From contig OX597814.1 of NCBI GenBank assembly GCA_951406725.2, forward strand, positions 50,034,001-50,098,000: a stretch of 64,000 nt of DNA. Direction: 5' to 3'. The notes under the pieces are model-generated. The model saw only the letters and a program-made list of their open reading frames with translations, was not told the origin of the DNA and made no database searches. The DNA comes from Octopus vulgaris. Its lineage: Eukaryota. This document shows, piece by piece, positions 52,443 to 64,000 of the stretch (position 1 is the stretch's first letter; each line of letters starts with the position of its first letter). Position numbers and translations under genes: made by a program.

Positions 52443-55400
52443 TAAATCTAAAGTTTGGATTTGTTTCACTAGTAGCTTAATAACATTTGTCCAACGTTCA
52501 CAATATATCTTAACTGTAAGATGAAGAATAATGCAACAATAGTAGATTTCGTTTTACCTACGGTTCTCGAATCATAAATAAATTCGAGAATGTTGAAATA
52601 TAGAGTAAATTAAGCTACTATTTAGTCACTTCGTGCTGAGTTTAAATTTCAGTTCACCATTTCATTCTCAAAGTTAGCATTTGTTTCCGCTTTTTCCACT
52701 TAGATTTATGAAATATTTAATCCACAAGAATATAAATGTATATTTATCCACCCACTTGGTGGATAACAACTAGGAAAAAATAATTACTCGACCTTTTAAG
52801 TGGGTGATTACATTCAATGGATGATTTGCGGTATTGCTAATTTACTAGATAAATAGCTTCTTGGTCAGTGGATTTGAACTCATGACCCAAATCTGCCTAA
52901 CCTTATAGATTATACTTAAAATACATAACAGTTAGCCGTTTGAGTCAATTATCCCGACTACATCTGCTATTTTGTTTAAAACACAAAAAATGCTGGTTCT
53001 CTGCTTAATCAAAAGAAATCTTGAATATATTGGCATGTGTTGTTCGCGATCGAGGGGGAAGAATAATGAAAGAAGAAAAGAGAAAAAATAAACAAATAAA
53101 AAGTTTTGAAAATAAAGAATGAAAATAAAGCTAACAAACATGCTATACGTATCAACAGGAACGCAACGTAATGTTCGTTCTCCTGCTGACAACTCCATAC
53201 ATAATAGGTAGCTGCGGGCGATCTGTCAGCCTTGACTGTACTTGCAAGAATTTCCTTCGTAACACACGGTATTGAAAGAGTTTTACGTTACCATGCAATT
53301 TACCTGAATATATTATATTTCTAAATTCTGTAGTTGCGATTGGAATGTTCAGATTAAAAGGGAGAAGAACTGACAGTTTGTTGGATAAAACGTTTTATGG
53401 TATTTAATTATATCTCTTTACGTTCTGAGTTCAAATCCCGCCAAGTTTGATATTATTCATCAGTAGGTTGATCAAATAGCGACGAGATAGTTACAGTTTT
53501 AGTTCTGAGATATATTTAATCGACTATACCCTTCCCTACAAAGTGTAAAGCGTTGTGCCCAATTAAGAAATTCAGGGGGCGAGGAAATAAAAGAAGCAGT
53601 AAGATTGCCTTACCAAATGCTTTGCGGTATTTATTTCGCCCTCTAGGCTTAAATTATACCGTAGCTGACTTTGAATCTCATCCCACCGGGAGTCAGTGTA
53701 GTATGAGTGATATGCTAGAGTCCATTCAACTGTATCATAGCGCTATGAACCAAGGGAAGTTAGAGAACTAAAAAAAGGTGACTAGTTAGTAGAAACTGCA
53801 GAACACAGGTAACTGTTATAACGATTTTTAGATTTATTCATTTCAGCCTCTGATAATTTCAGATATCTTCCTATTCGATACTAACAGAGATCCTATTGAG
53901 TGTACTCTTACTGCACCGCGATGTGACCTTGTTCCTAATCAGAAGATACTTATGGTGTATGACACATGAGACTATACTTTCTGAAGTATTTCGCTGTCAA
54001 CAAAGAATCCTTACAAAAGGTTTTGATTCTCAGTGAAAGTTAATATACTTCCATTACTCTGCTAGCTTTCTTGAGAAAAGTATAAATGTCCCACAATCTC
54101 ATTTCACATTTGAATAGCTTTTTAGACTAGCATTTAAGCAAGAAATAATTATATTGAAAGATTAAATGGATTCTTAATTTTTACAGACTAGGCTTTTCAA
54201 TTTTTTTTTTTTTCCATTATTAAATCAACATACAGCAATAACATGGCATGTTTAAGTAGCGTATGAATTTTTTCATGAAAAAGGAGGTATGGGTGAACCT
54301 AAACATATAGCAAAAAGGTTGGAAGTCCATGAAATTATTATGGTATTTCGAAAGCATAATATTAGCCTACTTGATCTCATGCAGAACCTAAGTGGACGAT
54401 ATGACAAAAAATGCTCTGAGTGAGATGGGGTTGGTGGAATACAAAGCTTTTATAATTACATCAGTGGTTTACTGATAACTAAACGTCACTGGTTAGAAAA
54501 TGTGAGACACTTCATAACTCGGTTAAGATATCATAGCTTAACGATAGACAAAGTATGACATCGGTGATATGATGTGAATACCCGAATCTTCGGTCAATAG
54601 GCAGTTGCCATTCTTCATAAAACCTGAAATATTGTCAGTCGCCACAAATACACCAAACTGAGCTTTCTTTAAACCAAACATAATTATAGACGAGAGAATT
54701 CACAATTATGTTATGTACATGCTATGGGCAAGGTAAATTTGTTAATTAAGTCAGAAGCAATTTCTACGAAGGCTGATTTTGCTTTTCATCATTCTTTGAG
54801 TGATAAAATAAGTATGTCAAGGACTGGAGTCCTTGTAAGCGACTAGTTCCCTACCCACAATTTTCAGGCTTTGTGCCTAAAGTTGAAAGGTTTATTAAGT
54901 CAGCGGGGGAAGAGTGGTGTTCAGGATATTTTTCAAACAGTTTATTGAAATAATTCTAGCGGGCAATCAAAAAACTAGAATATATTCTCACTTTATTTAC
55001 GACTATAATGTGGCAGTAAAGATTTCTTAAATAAGGGGAATATGAGATATTGTCACTTTCATTTTCTCATGAACGCTATGTCTCCAAACTTGAATTTAAA
55101 AATTAGATCAGTGTTTCGAAATTGATAAGCCAAAACTCACTTCACATTATATAAGTCAGTGAAACAAAGGGAAGCAGAGTATTAAGAAATTTAATTATTA
55201 TGAATTATTACTAAGCAGTTAACTCGTGAATTCATAAAGCTTGGGTGAACCCAAAGTGCTTCATTTTACGATTGGCCAAATCCCTGACCTTCCCTTGCTT
55301 CGGATAAATTGTATGAAAATTTATATTATCTTAATATTTGATTATGTATCTAAATATACTTAACTAGTAAAGTAAAATATACTAAATATCTAAGATGGTA

Positions 55401-57117
55401 CTTTTTAATAAGATTAAAATTTTTTACGGATTGTTAACCTCATCTAAGAATTGAAACATTTCAAATATTTACCTTTAACCTATATCACGATAGCTGCGTC
55501 TGTTTTTTTCATAAGGTATCTGTATTATGGGATATGTACACAGTATCGGTCTGATTGTAACTCGAAACCTATTTCTCAATTAATGGCCCTGACGTTCTTA
55601 CCCGCTGTACAAAGAGTGCTATTAACGTTAGTTTATAAATGAAGGTTTCTTGCTCGAATCTTGTCGGTACCATTTACATATCTCGGAATAAAACACTCAA
55701 TTTTAATCAGAATGGAAGGAGATCGAAACAGTGTAGACGTAAATATCTATAAACGTTTCATACTAACACGAAAATATATAACCATAAGGAAAGATAGGAA
55801 ATGACAAAGTATCTTACAGACACAATAGTTTAATAGGGTAAATATGTGCATAGATTTATGTTGGTAGTTATAGTTGCATAGTTGTAGGTCTTCGGTTGAC
55901 TTTTGATTATTATCTGGCAAAGAGCGTTGGAGGAAAGAAAAATGCCTTCCGGTATTTTTCCCGGCCATTTGTGTTCTGAATTCATATCTTATCGAGGTCA
56001 GATGTACCTGTAGTCTTTCAAGGGTCGATAAACTGATGTTCCAGTCAAGTACTGGCGCAGATTTAATCAACTAAAGTCTATCACACGAAATTTATGGAAT
56101 TATGCCTATGTTAGACGCAATTATTATCTGATAAAACCCAATCTACAGCAGTCACTGGAGTAGAGGCGGCTGAGTTACAGTTTGTAATCTATGAAAATTA
56201 GATGCACACAGACTGCAACACAATGTTGGAACGTCTGTGTAGTCACTTTAGTTGCTAAAAATACCAGCCAAGCCTCTCTTCATCTATATCCTGTTCTCTT
56301 AATGAATACGCTGGATAATGTAATCCAGGTATGCTAAACCTAAAAATGCAAACTGATGATTAGGGCTTGAATATTTTTGATAATAAATGTCCTTGATCAG
56401 CACGACCTGGTTCTAAACAGTAACAACAAAATTTTGCTAAAATTCACTGCACATCACTCTTATGGTTAACTTTTTTGTAAATGGTTTTGAAATTGCAATT
56501 CTTATTTTCTCTGTCAGCAAAATTTCGGATCTTTACCCTTTACTCTAAAGAAATAAATATTTAAAGATCATATGTTTTGATTGATTGTTAAATTATTTTG
56601 CAATAACTTTTAGATACTTTATTGTTATCCTATATTGATAACTTTAAAACATGGTGACTTAAACAGCTTCAAAAGGCCACGGTTAATCCCAAGAGTTTTT
56701 GTAATGTTAACAGAAAACATCAAAGGGTATTAGTTATCTCTTAACTCACATAAAACGGGAACGAGACAAGGAAATTAACTTTGATACATCTCATTAAAAA
56801 CAATTTCTATTAATTACGACTCATTTCACATTGTTTTAATGTATTTAATTAACTTAATTAAAGAAATATGATGACAATAATTTCTTACACTGGTGCGAAA
56901 CCACAGAATTGAACACGGGAATTGTTGTTGATTGAAAGATCCAAGTATATAAGATGTTTTAAATTACCACATTACATAGGGTTCGTATGGTTTGCCGCGT
57001 ATAGTTTAGACGAATCAGAAAGATCCAGGATATTTAGAAAATTTGTTTTAATGTATTGCCAGAGTGTACGTGTACTCTTTTATGACAAATTTCAATACTA
57101 GAACTAATTTTTTAAAG

Positions 57118-57308
57118 GTTGCGAGCTGGCTGAAGGCTTATCAGTATTTCAACCGTCTTTACGTTCTGAGTTCAAATTCCACCGAGATCGACTTTGCTTT
57201 TCATCCTTTCGGACTCGATAAAAATAAGTACCAGTCCAGCACTTGGGTCAATGCAATCGGCCTCTACCATCTCTAAATTGCTGTCCTTGTGCCAAAATTT
57301 GAAACCAA
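57118..57308 (+). mobile_element. Older family-1 SINE
   Basis: acgttctgagttcaaattccaccgagatcgactttgcttttcatcctttcgg..aataagtaccag. Confidence 0.85.
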
Positions 57309-57334
57309 TATTTATAAGGATTTTTGTTTAAAAT

Positions 57335-57872
57335 TTAGGTACAAGACTAGCAATTTTGAGAAACAGGACAAGTCGATTACTTCGATTCCAGTGCTTCACA
57401 AATACTTTATTTTATCGATCCCGGGATGAGAAAAGCAAAATTAACCCTGGTGAAATTTGAACTCAAGAGTTAATAAAGATTGTTTGCCAATGTAATATAG
57501 CATTCCTGATTTAGGACTAATGTTGCTGTAATGTAGCCCCAGGAGACATCGTCTCCAGTTGGCTATACGACACGATCTGCGTCCTTATATTTTCGAACAA
57601 GTGGTGCTAGATTCCCTTGTTCGAAAATATAAGGACACAGATCGTATCGTATAGCTAGCTGGAGACGATGTCTGCTGGAGATAAATTATAGCAACATTAG
57701 TCCTAAACCAGGACTGCCATGTTATGTTGGCAAACAATCTTTACTACAAAGTATTGTTGCTGAATATCTCACGTTGTGAGATTTAAAAATAATAATTTTC
57801 AGAATTTAATGTTTCGAACGAAATGCCGCTAAACATGTCCGGCGTACTAAGGGTTCTACCGGCTCGCCGCCT
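57335..57872 (-). mobile_element. Older family-1 SINE interrupted by a fold-back element
   Basis: Body to B-box at 57335-57466; head gaaatgccgctaaaca..gctcgccgcc resumes at 57820-57872. Confidence 0.7.
57474..57743. repeat. Fold-back palindrome (~125-bp arms)
   Basis: taaagattgtttgccaa..ccttatattttcgaacaag / cttgttcgaaaatataagg..ttggcaaacaatcttta. Confidence 0.93.
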
Positions 57873-59197
57873 TATTTTCTTATATAATAAACAACTTTTT
57901 AAAAAGCCGATGTTTTGCAATAATACTCTTAATGCTTTTTTCAACGTACTGTGAATAGTTGAATAAAAAAACAAAAACAAAAAATCCTGGTCTCGAGGAA
58001 ATGTTATCGAACTCGGACAGTTGAAAGTTGAGTGGGTACTGACTAAAGCAAACCAATATCAGTCGGTGTTTACGGAAGCTAAATAAAACTAAATGAAAAC
58101 CAAACGAGTCTCTGTCGGTTTCGACGATAAGTATTCACTTGGATCTATCGACCCACTAAAGTAGTTGATTATTCCACCGACGCACGTGTATCCCAACATG
58201 CATAATCAGCATGACATACTCTGTCATTAGGCTGCTGTTTTGAATTACAAGAATAACCCATCTGATAGACTCTCAAACAGTTTCCATCTACTCAGTTTCA
58301 CTCACAAGGCTTGGGTCAACCCTAGACTGTAGAAATAGACATTCATCCGGGAAACCACACTGCTGGATCAAACTCGATCCCCGCGATTGCAAAGCGAAGG
58401 CCTTCACCTTTCATCCATGCTGTTTCCACAGTGAAACTAAAATAATGAAACATGTTGTTCCACCACATCACTTACTCCATCCATTTGCTCTTCATGTACT
58501 CCAATGTAAACAATATTTGTTGTGCCTAATCCCAGATCAGTTCCGATCGATCACAGACGTTCAATTGTGACCATAGGAATCTTTTTGTATATCTAGGGTT
58601 ACATTATTTAGTATGTTTTCCCCCGTTTTTAAGACTACAGTTTGAGTTGAAGGATGTTTTGCTATTTCGAGAACGACACGATAGACTCTGTTTCTCTCAT
58701 CAGGAGTAAATACTCAAGCCTCAAAATGGTGAAAATTATCGTAATTTTTCATCTTTAACACGCCGGTCTGTCGGTATTTCATTCCCAACCACGTTTTCCT
58801 TAACTTGCAAAGAGGGTATAGTTGAAGTTGATTGGTGCTTATTTGTTGGTAACCATAAGGGTAAAATGTAAAGTTGACTCCGGCAAAATTCGAACTCAGA
58901 ATGGAAAAGCGCCAGTTAAATACTTCAAGGTGTTTGACCGGTGCTCTACTGATTCTGCCTCCCGACTGATTAATAATTGTCCCTAATATTAGGCAGTAGG
59001 CCAAAAGCTTGGGAGTATGGATGTTAGACGATTAAATTGACCTCAATACATAATTGGTACTTTATTTTAACGACTCTAGTAAAATAAGAAGCAGCGTCGA
59101 CATCAGTGGAGTTTTGAACATGGAACATAAAGAGCCGAAGCAAATACCGCAAGATATTTTGTCCGACGATCTAACAAGGTTTCGCAAAAATACATTA

Positions 59198-59406
59198 CAA
59201 AACTTATATACAGTTCTATATTTAAGATCTGAGGAATTATGTACATTATTTACAATTGATTGATATTTTTCCTCATCTTGGTTGTTGTTAACACAACATT
59301 TCGGCTGATACACCCTCCAGCCTTCATTAGGTGTCTTGGGGAATTTTCGAACCTGAGTTCTCATTCCTATGGTATTTTTCGGTGTTATTATTATTATTTC
59401 GATATG

Positions 59407-59437
<31 letters not shown>

Positions 59438-59678
59438 TCACTGCCTGGAATCGAACTGGGAATCTTGGGGTTAGTAGCCCGCGCTCTTAACCATATGTCC
59501 ATGGGCATATGGCGTAGTGGTTAATAATAATAATAAAACATCGAAAAATACCTTAGAAATGAGAACCCAGGTTCGAAATTTCTCCAAGACACCTGATGAA
59601 GGCTGGAGGGTGTATCAGCTGAAACGTTGTGTTAACAACAACCAAGATGAGGACAAATATCCGTCAATTGTAAATAAT
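59198..59678. mobile_element. Head-to-head inverted pair of a tRNA-head/(AAT)n/hammerhead element
   Basis: 59245-59397 mirrors 59521-59678; tRNA-like head at 59433-59500 on the minus strand; symmetry centre ccatatgtccatgggcatatgg. Confidence 0.85.
59589..59632 (+). ncRNA. Minimal type I hammerhead ribozyme with intact core
   Basis: ACAC-CUGAUGA-A-GGCUG(gaggguguau)CAGCU-GAAA-CG-UU-GUGU. The mirror copy (59291-59334, minus) has CUAAUGA and GAAAUG changes but a perfect GGCUG/CAGCC stem II. Confidence 0.8.
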
Positions 59679-60574
59679 CTAAATAATTTGAAAATCTTAT
59701 ATAATCACAAACTCAAATAGAGAAAAGTACAGGCAAGAGGACCAAAAGCATACATAAGGAATGAAATTACATGTCTTACTAAGGAAAAGCTAACTAAAGC
59801 CAGTTGAGGAATTCAACAGATGCAGGATTACTGTGATTACCGAGGGCAAGTTCCTTCTCTGAGTCTTTTTTCTCTACCTTACAGGGTTTGCTGAGAATTA
59901 ACTCGTTAGAGTCTACTGAGAGTTGGTCCATCAGTAAATTACCTCCTCTCCTCTTTCAACTTACCCTCTAATAAAAACTTGAAGAAGTTGATGAGGGCTT
60001 GGTCCAAGAGAAAGGGGTCTATTTTGAGATTTTCGATCTTCTCAGTGATACAACCTCTGACATTGCTATCAGACAAAGAAAAAATTTGCCTACCTTTGAC
60101 ACCCAAAGGTGGAAGAGATATATTTATTATGGTATATTCAACCAATAGCTGGAACATTTGTTTAAAAACGAACACTGAACGAGTGGGTACAGAACAGTTT
60201 CGTCGCTCTATGTTCATATTGGACAAGTGCAGCTGGCAGCGTTACCTTGCGTATATACTTTATTTACGACTAACCAAGCTCCTCACTCCCCGAAAAGCCC
60301 TGTCATACATGGGATTTCCGGAAATTGGCTACAGTCCTGAGGTTTGATTTTTAATAAAGATTAAAGATACGTGTCCGAAAACATTTGAATTTATTGACTC
60401 CGGCATTTAACACAAACACTACTTTTCGATGTTAAAAGTTTTAAAGCTAAAGGTGGCCTTGATAGCGGAGTGGAGGCGGGGAGCGCGCAACTCCTAAAAG
60501 AATTTCAATTAAATATTGTAAAATTTTTAAACTAGTAATCTATTAATTCTGCCCGTCAATAATAACAATAATAG

Positions 60575-61350
60575 AAATGGTTTCAAAGTTTGGCAAAAGG
60601 CCAGAAATTTCTAGGAAGTAAATCGATTAAATCGACCCCAGTGCTCGACTAGTCCTTATTTTATCGACCCGAAAGTACAAATGATAAAGTCAACCTAGGT
60701 GGAATTTGAACTCTGTGAAATGCCGGTGAATATTTTTTTCCCAACGTGCTAGTGATTGTGCTAGCTAACCGCCTTAATAATAATAATAATTTCAAATTTT
60801 AGCACAAGGCCAGAAATTCTGGATGAGTTAAACCGATTACATCGAGCTCGGTGCTCCACTGTTACTTATGTTACCGACTCCGAGACGAGAGGCTGAAAAG
60901 CAAAGTGAAGCTGAACGAAATTTCAACTCGGGACATAAGGATGAACGAAATGTCGTAAAACATTTTCCCAGGTGTGCTAACGATTCTGCTAGCACACTGC
61001 CTCAATAACAATGGTTTTCAAATTTTGGCGCAAAGCCAGGAAGAATTTTGGTGGAGAGTGTTAGTCGATTACATTGACCTCAGTCGTCAATTAGTACTTA
61101 TTTCATCAACCCCGAAATAATGAAAGGCAAAGTCGACCCTGGCGGCATTTGAATTCAGAACACGAAGTCTAAAAAATGCCGCTAAGCAATTTTTCCGACA
61201 CGGTAAAGATTCTGCCAGTTCGCCACCTCACTGAATAATGATATGGGCACAAGGGTACAATTTTGTGGGAAATCGATTAGATCGATCTAAGTACTCGGAC
61301 TCGTCCTTATTTCATCAGATACTAAGAAGTTCGGATTTGAAATTAGAAAA
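60575..61350 (-). mobile_element. Cluster of four co-oriented old family-1 SINEs
   Basis: Units at about 60580-60775, 60790-61005, 61015-61228 and 61245-61350, each with tcgatta..tcgac..acttat and a B-box remnant. Confidence 0.8.
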
Positions 61351-62897
61351 TAACGAGATAGAATTAGATACTACGTAAATAATAGTTTGTTCGGAGCAAA
61401 ATCGAGTCTTTGCTGGAAGAAGGAGAAGGAGGAGCAAGAGTAAAAGAAGGAAGAAGAGGAGGATGTAGAATAGGCGAAAGGGGGATGATGATGATTATAA
61501 TAAAATGGTACAATGACAATTATTCTCCACCCACCAATGAAAAACAGTTAAAGAATATTTCATACTGAAATATCGACTAACTTAAAGCCAGAGATTGAAC
61601 TTTCTATAATCGAAGACTAAGAATCATATCTTTTTCTTTCGAAGTTAAAGCAGTAGGCGTGGTTTAATTTGTTACACCATGCATGGGTTTTCATTTTATA
61701 ACATTGCACACAAATAATTTTCATTAAGTTCTATTGTTAAATGCAAGATGGTGGTTTGTGGTGGCGCTAATGGTCGAAGCACAAGATAAATGTATTTAGT
61801 TTCGATCCACGACATTTTTGTTTGCAATCCAACCAGTTCTTGTTTACCATTTCATTATTCCACTGCTGATTAAAATAAGTCCTTGAACCATATTCTACTA
61901 TGGTGGGTTTCATCGAAGCCTATACTGAATTTGTGCCAACGTACGAAGCTAGTATTTAGTCTAGTCCCTCTAGATGCCAAAAGCGACGAATTGGCGAAAT
62001 CACCTTTGCCCTTTCTTTCTCTCAAGAGGGTTAAACAAATTAGTAGCAGAGTTTTCTTTCTATTGTAATCGTTATCGAAAGGTCCAGCTTTATCACATTT
62101 TGTCAGGTTAAGTCTGCCTGAACTTACGTTAAATGTACACGTGTCTATAGAATACTCAGCCGATTGCGCGATTATTTCACGAATATGAATAACTGAATAC
62201 TCAAAATCGAGACATGGAAAATTTATTATCCAGATTATAATATGAAATCCAGTCGGGGTTTATAAGACATGATACTGTGGAAATGTTTAGTCGTTGGACT
62301 ATGAAAACTATGCAGCATAAGTAACCTAGTACTAGCCGATCGGCTAGTGAGGTGAAGAGGACCTGGAGAGAATCTATCCCGTGTATCTCAAGTGGTGGAA
62401 CTGGAACCACTGAAAAGGCCTGTGAGTTTTGATGTGAAATTACAGCAGCTATCAGTTAACGATGTCACATCTATTTAATAAAAGGAATTTATTTGTTCTA
62501 TTCATAGAACTTTCCATACAAACCGTGACCAAATTAGCAGGGTACAAACAAAACTAGAAGCGTTGCAATACTTGTTTCATTCTTGAAGGTTCACAGTTCA
62601 AATATCGGTTACGCAGAACTTAGAGCTCACTAACTTATGGTCAATAAAATAAATACGATCGTATACATTGGGCGATATAATCGATTCTACATACGTTTAG
62701 ATCTCCAAAAAGTCTAAAAGGCAAAGAAATATTGTTCAAGTTTTCACTTCAGTGTGTAGGAATATTATTCATCCCGCCAGACAGAATAAAAAAACAACAG
62801 CTGTATCAGCCTCCCTGTCTATTTGTCTCTCTAATGCAATGTGTATGTATGTACTCTTTCCCCCCTCTCTCTTTCTTTTTCCCTCTCTCTTTTTCTT

Positions 62898-62934
<37 letters not shown>

Positions 62935-63159
62935 GCATGTGCATGTGGACGTGCATGGTATAGGTGTTGAACTTATGTTTGTGGTTTCGATTCCTGGAAC
63001 GGGTGATATGTTGTGTTTATTTCACGTTGCTGCAGTTCACTCGGTTGGTAAAAAATGAATAATCCGGTGGGTGATGACATAGACGCCACAGAATCCAAGA
63101 AATCTGTCTTACGAGCCTATAGCTGAGGAAGGACACTAATCATATACATATTGTATTTT

Positions 63160-64000
63160 AATTGGCATGAAACTAGAATATTGCATATCTGTTATGAAAA
63201 CCATATGTCAGAGAAATGTTCCAGAGCACAAAGACAACACAAAAAGGAACAAGATTCTAAAAGAGAGGAAGATCCTCATGAGACGACGGACAAAGGTTGC
63301 AACTCGCTTCAACAAACGACACTGATGGAGATTGTAAAAAGCCAGCAACGATCCTAAGCGAGGGAGAGTGCAGACAAAGAAGCTTGCGTTATAAAAAGCA
63401 TTAAATAAAGCCTGAAGGCCTTCTTTCATTATACCAAAGAAACAGCCTCAGTACGCTGCGAAATAGGACTCCTCTTCCAAAAGTATAGCTCCGTCTCAGA
63501 TAGCCCAACCAGGATCAGTGAGGCACTGAATGACCAGTCCAAAAATGTCTTTACCACCACGTTGAAACAAGGACAAGTGAACGAACCATTTCTTTGCCGC
63601 TTCACCTACAACCAGCGAGGCAGTTACAATGGATTATCATGACATTAGAGAGGATGATATACTACTAGCCAAAGATGAGGTGGACGCAAACTCAACTGCT
63701 GGTCTTGATGGATTCCCAGCAATCCTCCCCAAATCGCGTAAGGGTGCCCTGGCAAATCCCTACAGATTTTCTTCCAGAGCTTTCTTCCAAATTGCAGGCT
63801 GCCAAGCAAACTGAAGGAGGGAGTAATATGCCTAATGCATAAAAGCGGAAGCAGAGCAGATGCCAAAAACTGTAGGCCTATCTCTCTGACTCTACACACC
63901 AGCAAAATCATGGAACGGATAGTGAGTGGGAAACTAATTGCATTCATTGAAAAAAAAACGACTTGCTGAGTGACACCCAGCATGGCTTTCGACAATGTAC
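63160..64000 (+). mobile_element. Decayed CR1/L2-group LINE ORF2 fragment running off the window end
   Basis: RISEALNDQ, AGLDGFPAIL, KEGVICLMHKSGSRADAKNCRPISLTLHTSKIMERIV, QHGFR. Confidence 0.9.

Noticed and set aside
59939-60347. Overlapping 95-aa and 122-aa ORFs
   Set aside because: No recognisable motif or exon structure.

Overview
AT-rich, microsatellite-dense eukaryotic non-coding DNA (intergenic or deep intronic). The SINE, LINE and microsatellite repertoire points to a coleoid cephalopod, probably Octopus (inference from repeat families, not verified). No intact host protein-coding gene is supportable, and almost all ORF-track entries are microsatellite or SINE artefacts. Recognisable content: a near-complete but disrupted CR1/L2-group LINE whose CCCH-zinc-finger ORF1 appears split by about 6.2 kb of inserted DNA, several other LINE fragments, a full-length decayed hAT transposon with a perfect 8-bp TSD, mariner relics, MITEs, at least three tRNA-derived SINE families, and a Penelope-type GIY-YIG endonuclease relic. 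The most unusual signal is a set of minimal type I hammerhead-ribozyme motifs, several inside fold-back palindromes. One has a reciprocal G3-C8 core swap (7564-7614), and one belongs to a tRNA-headed element in head-to-head arrangement (59198-59678), suggesting Penelope-mobilised, ribozyme-bearing non-autonomous elements. Coordinates were read by eye and edges of decayed elements are approximate.
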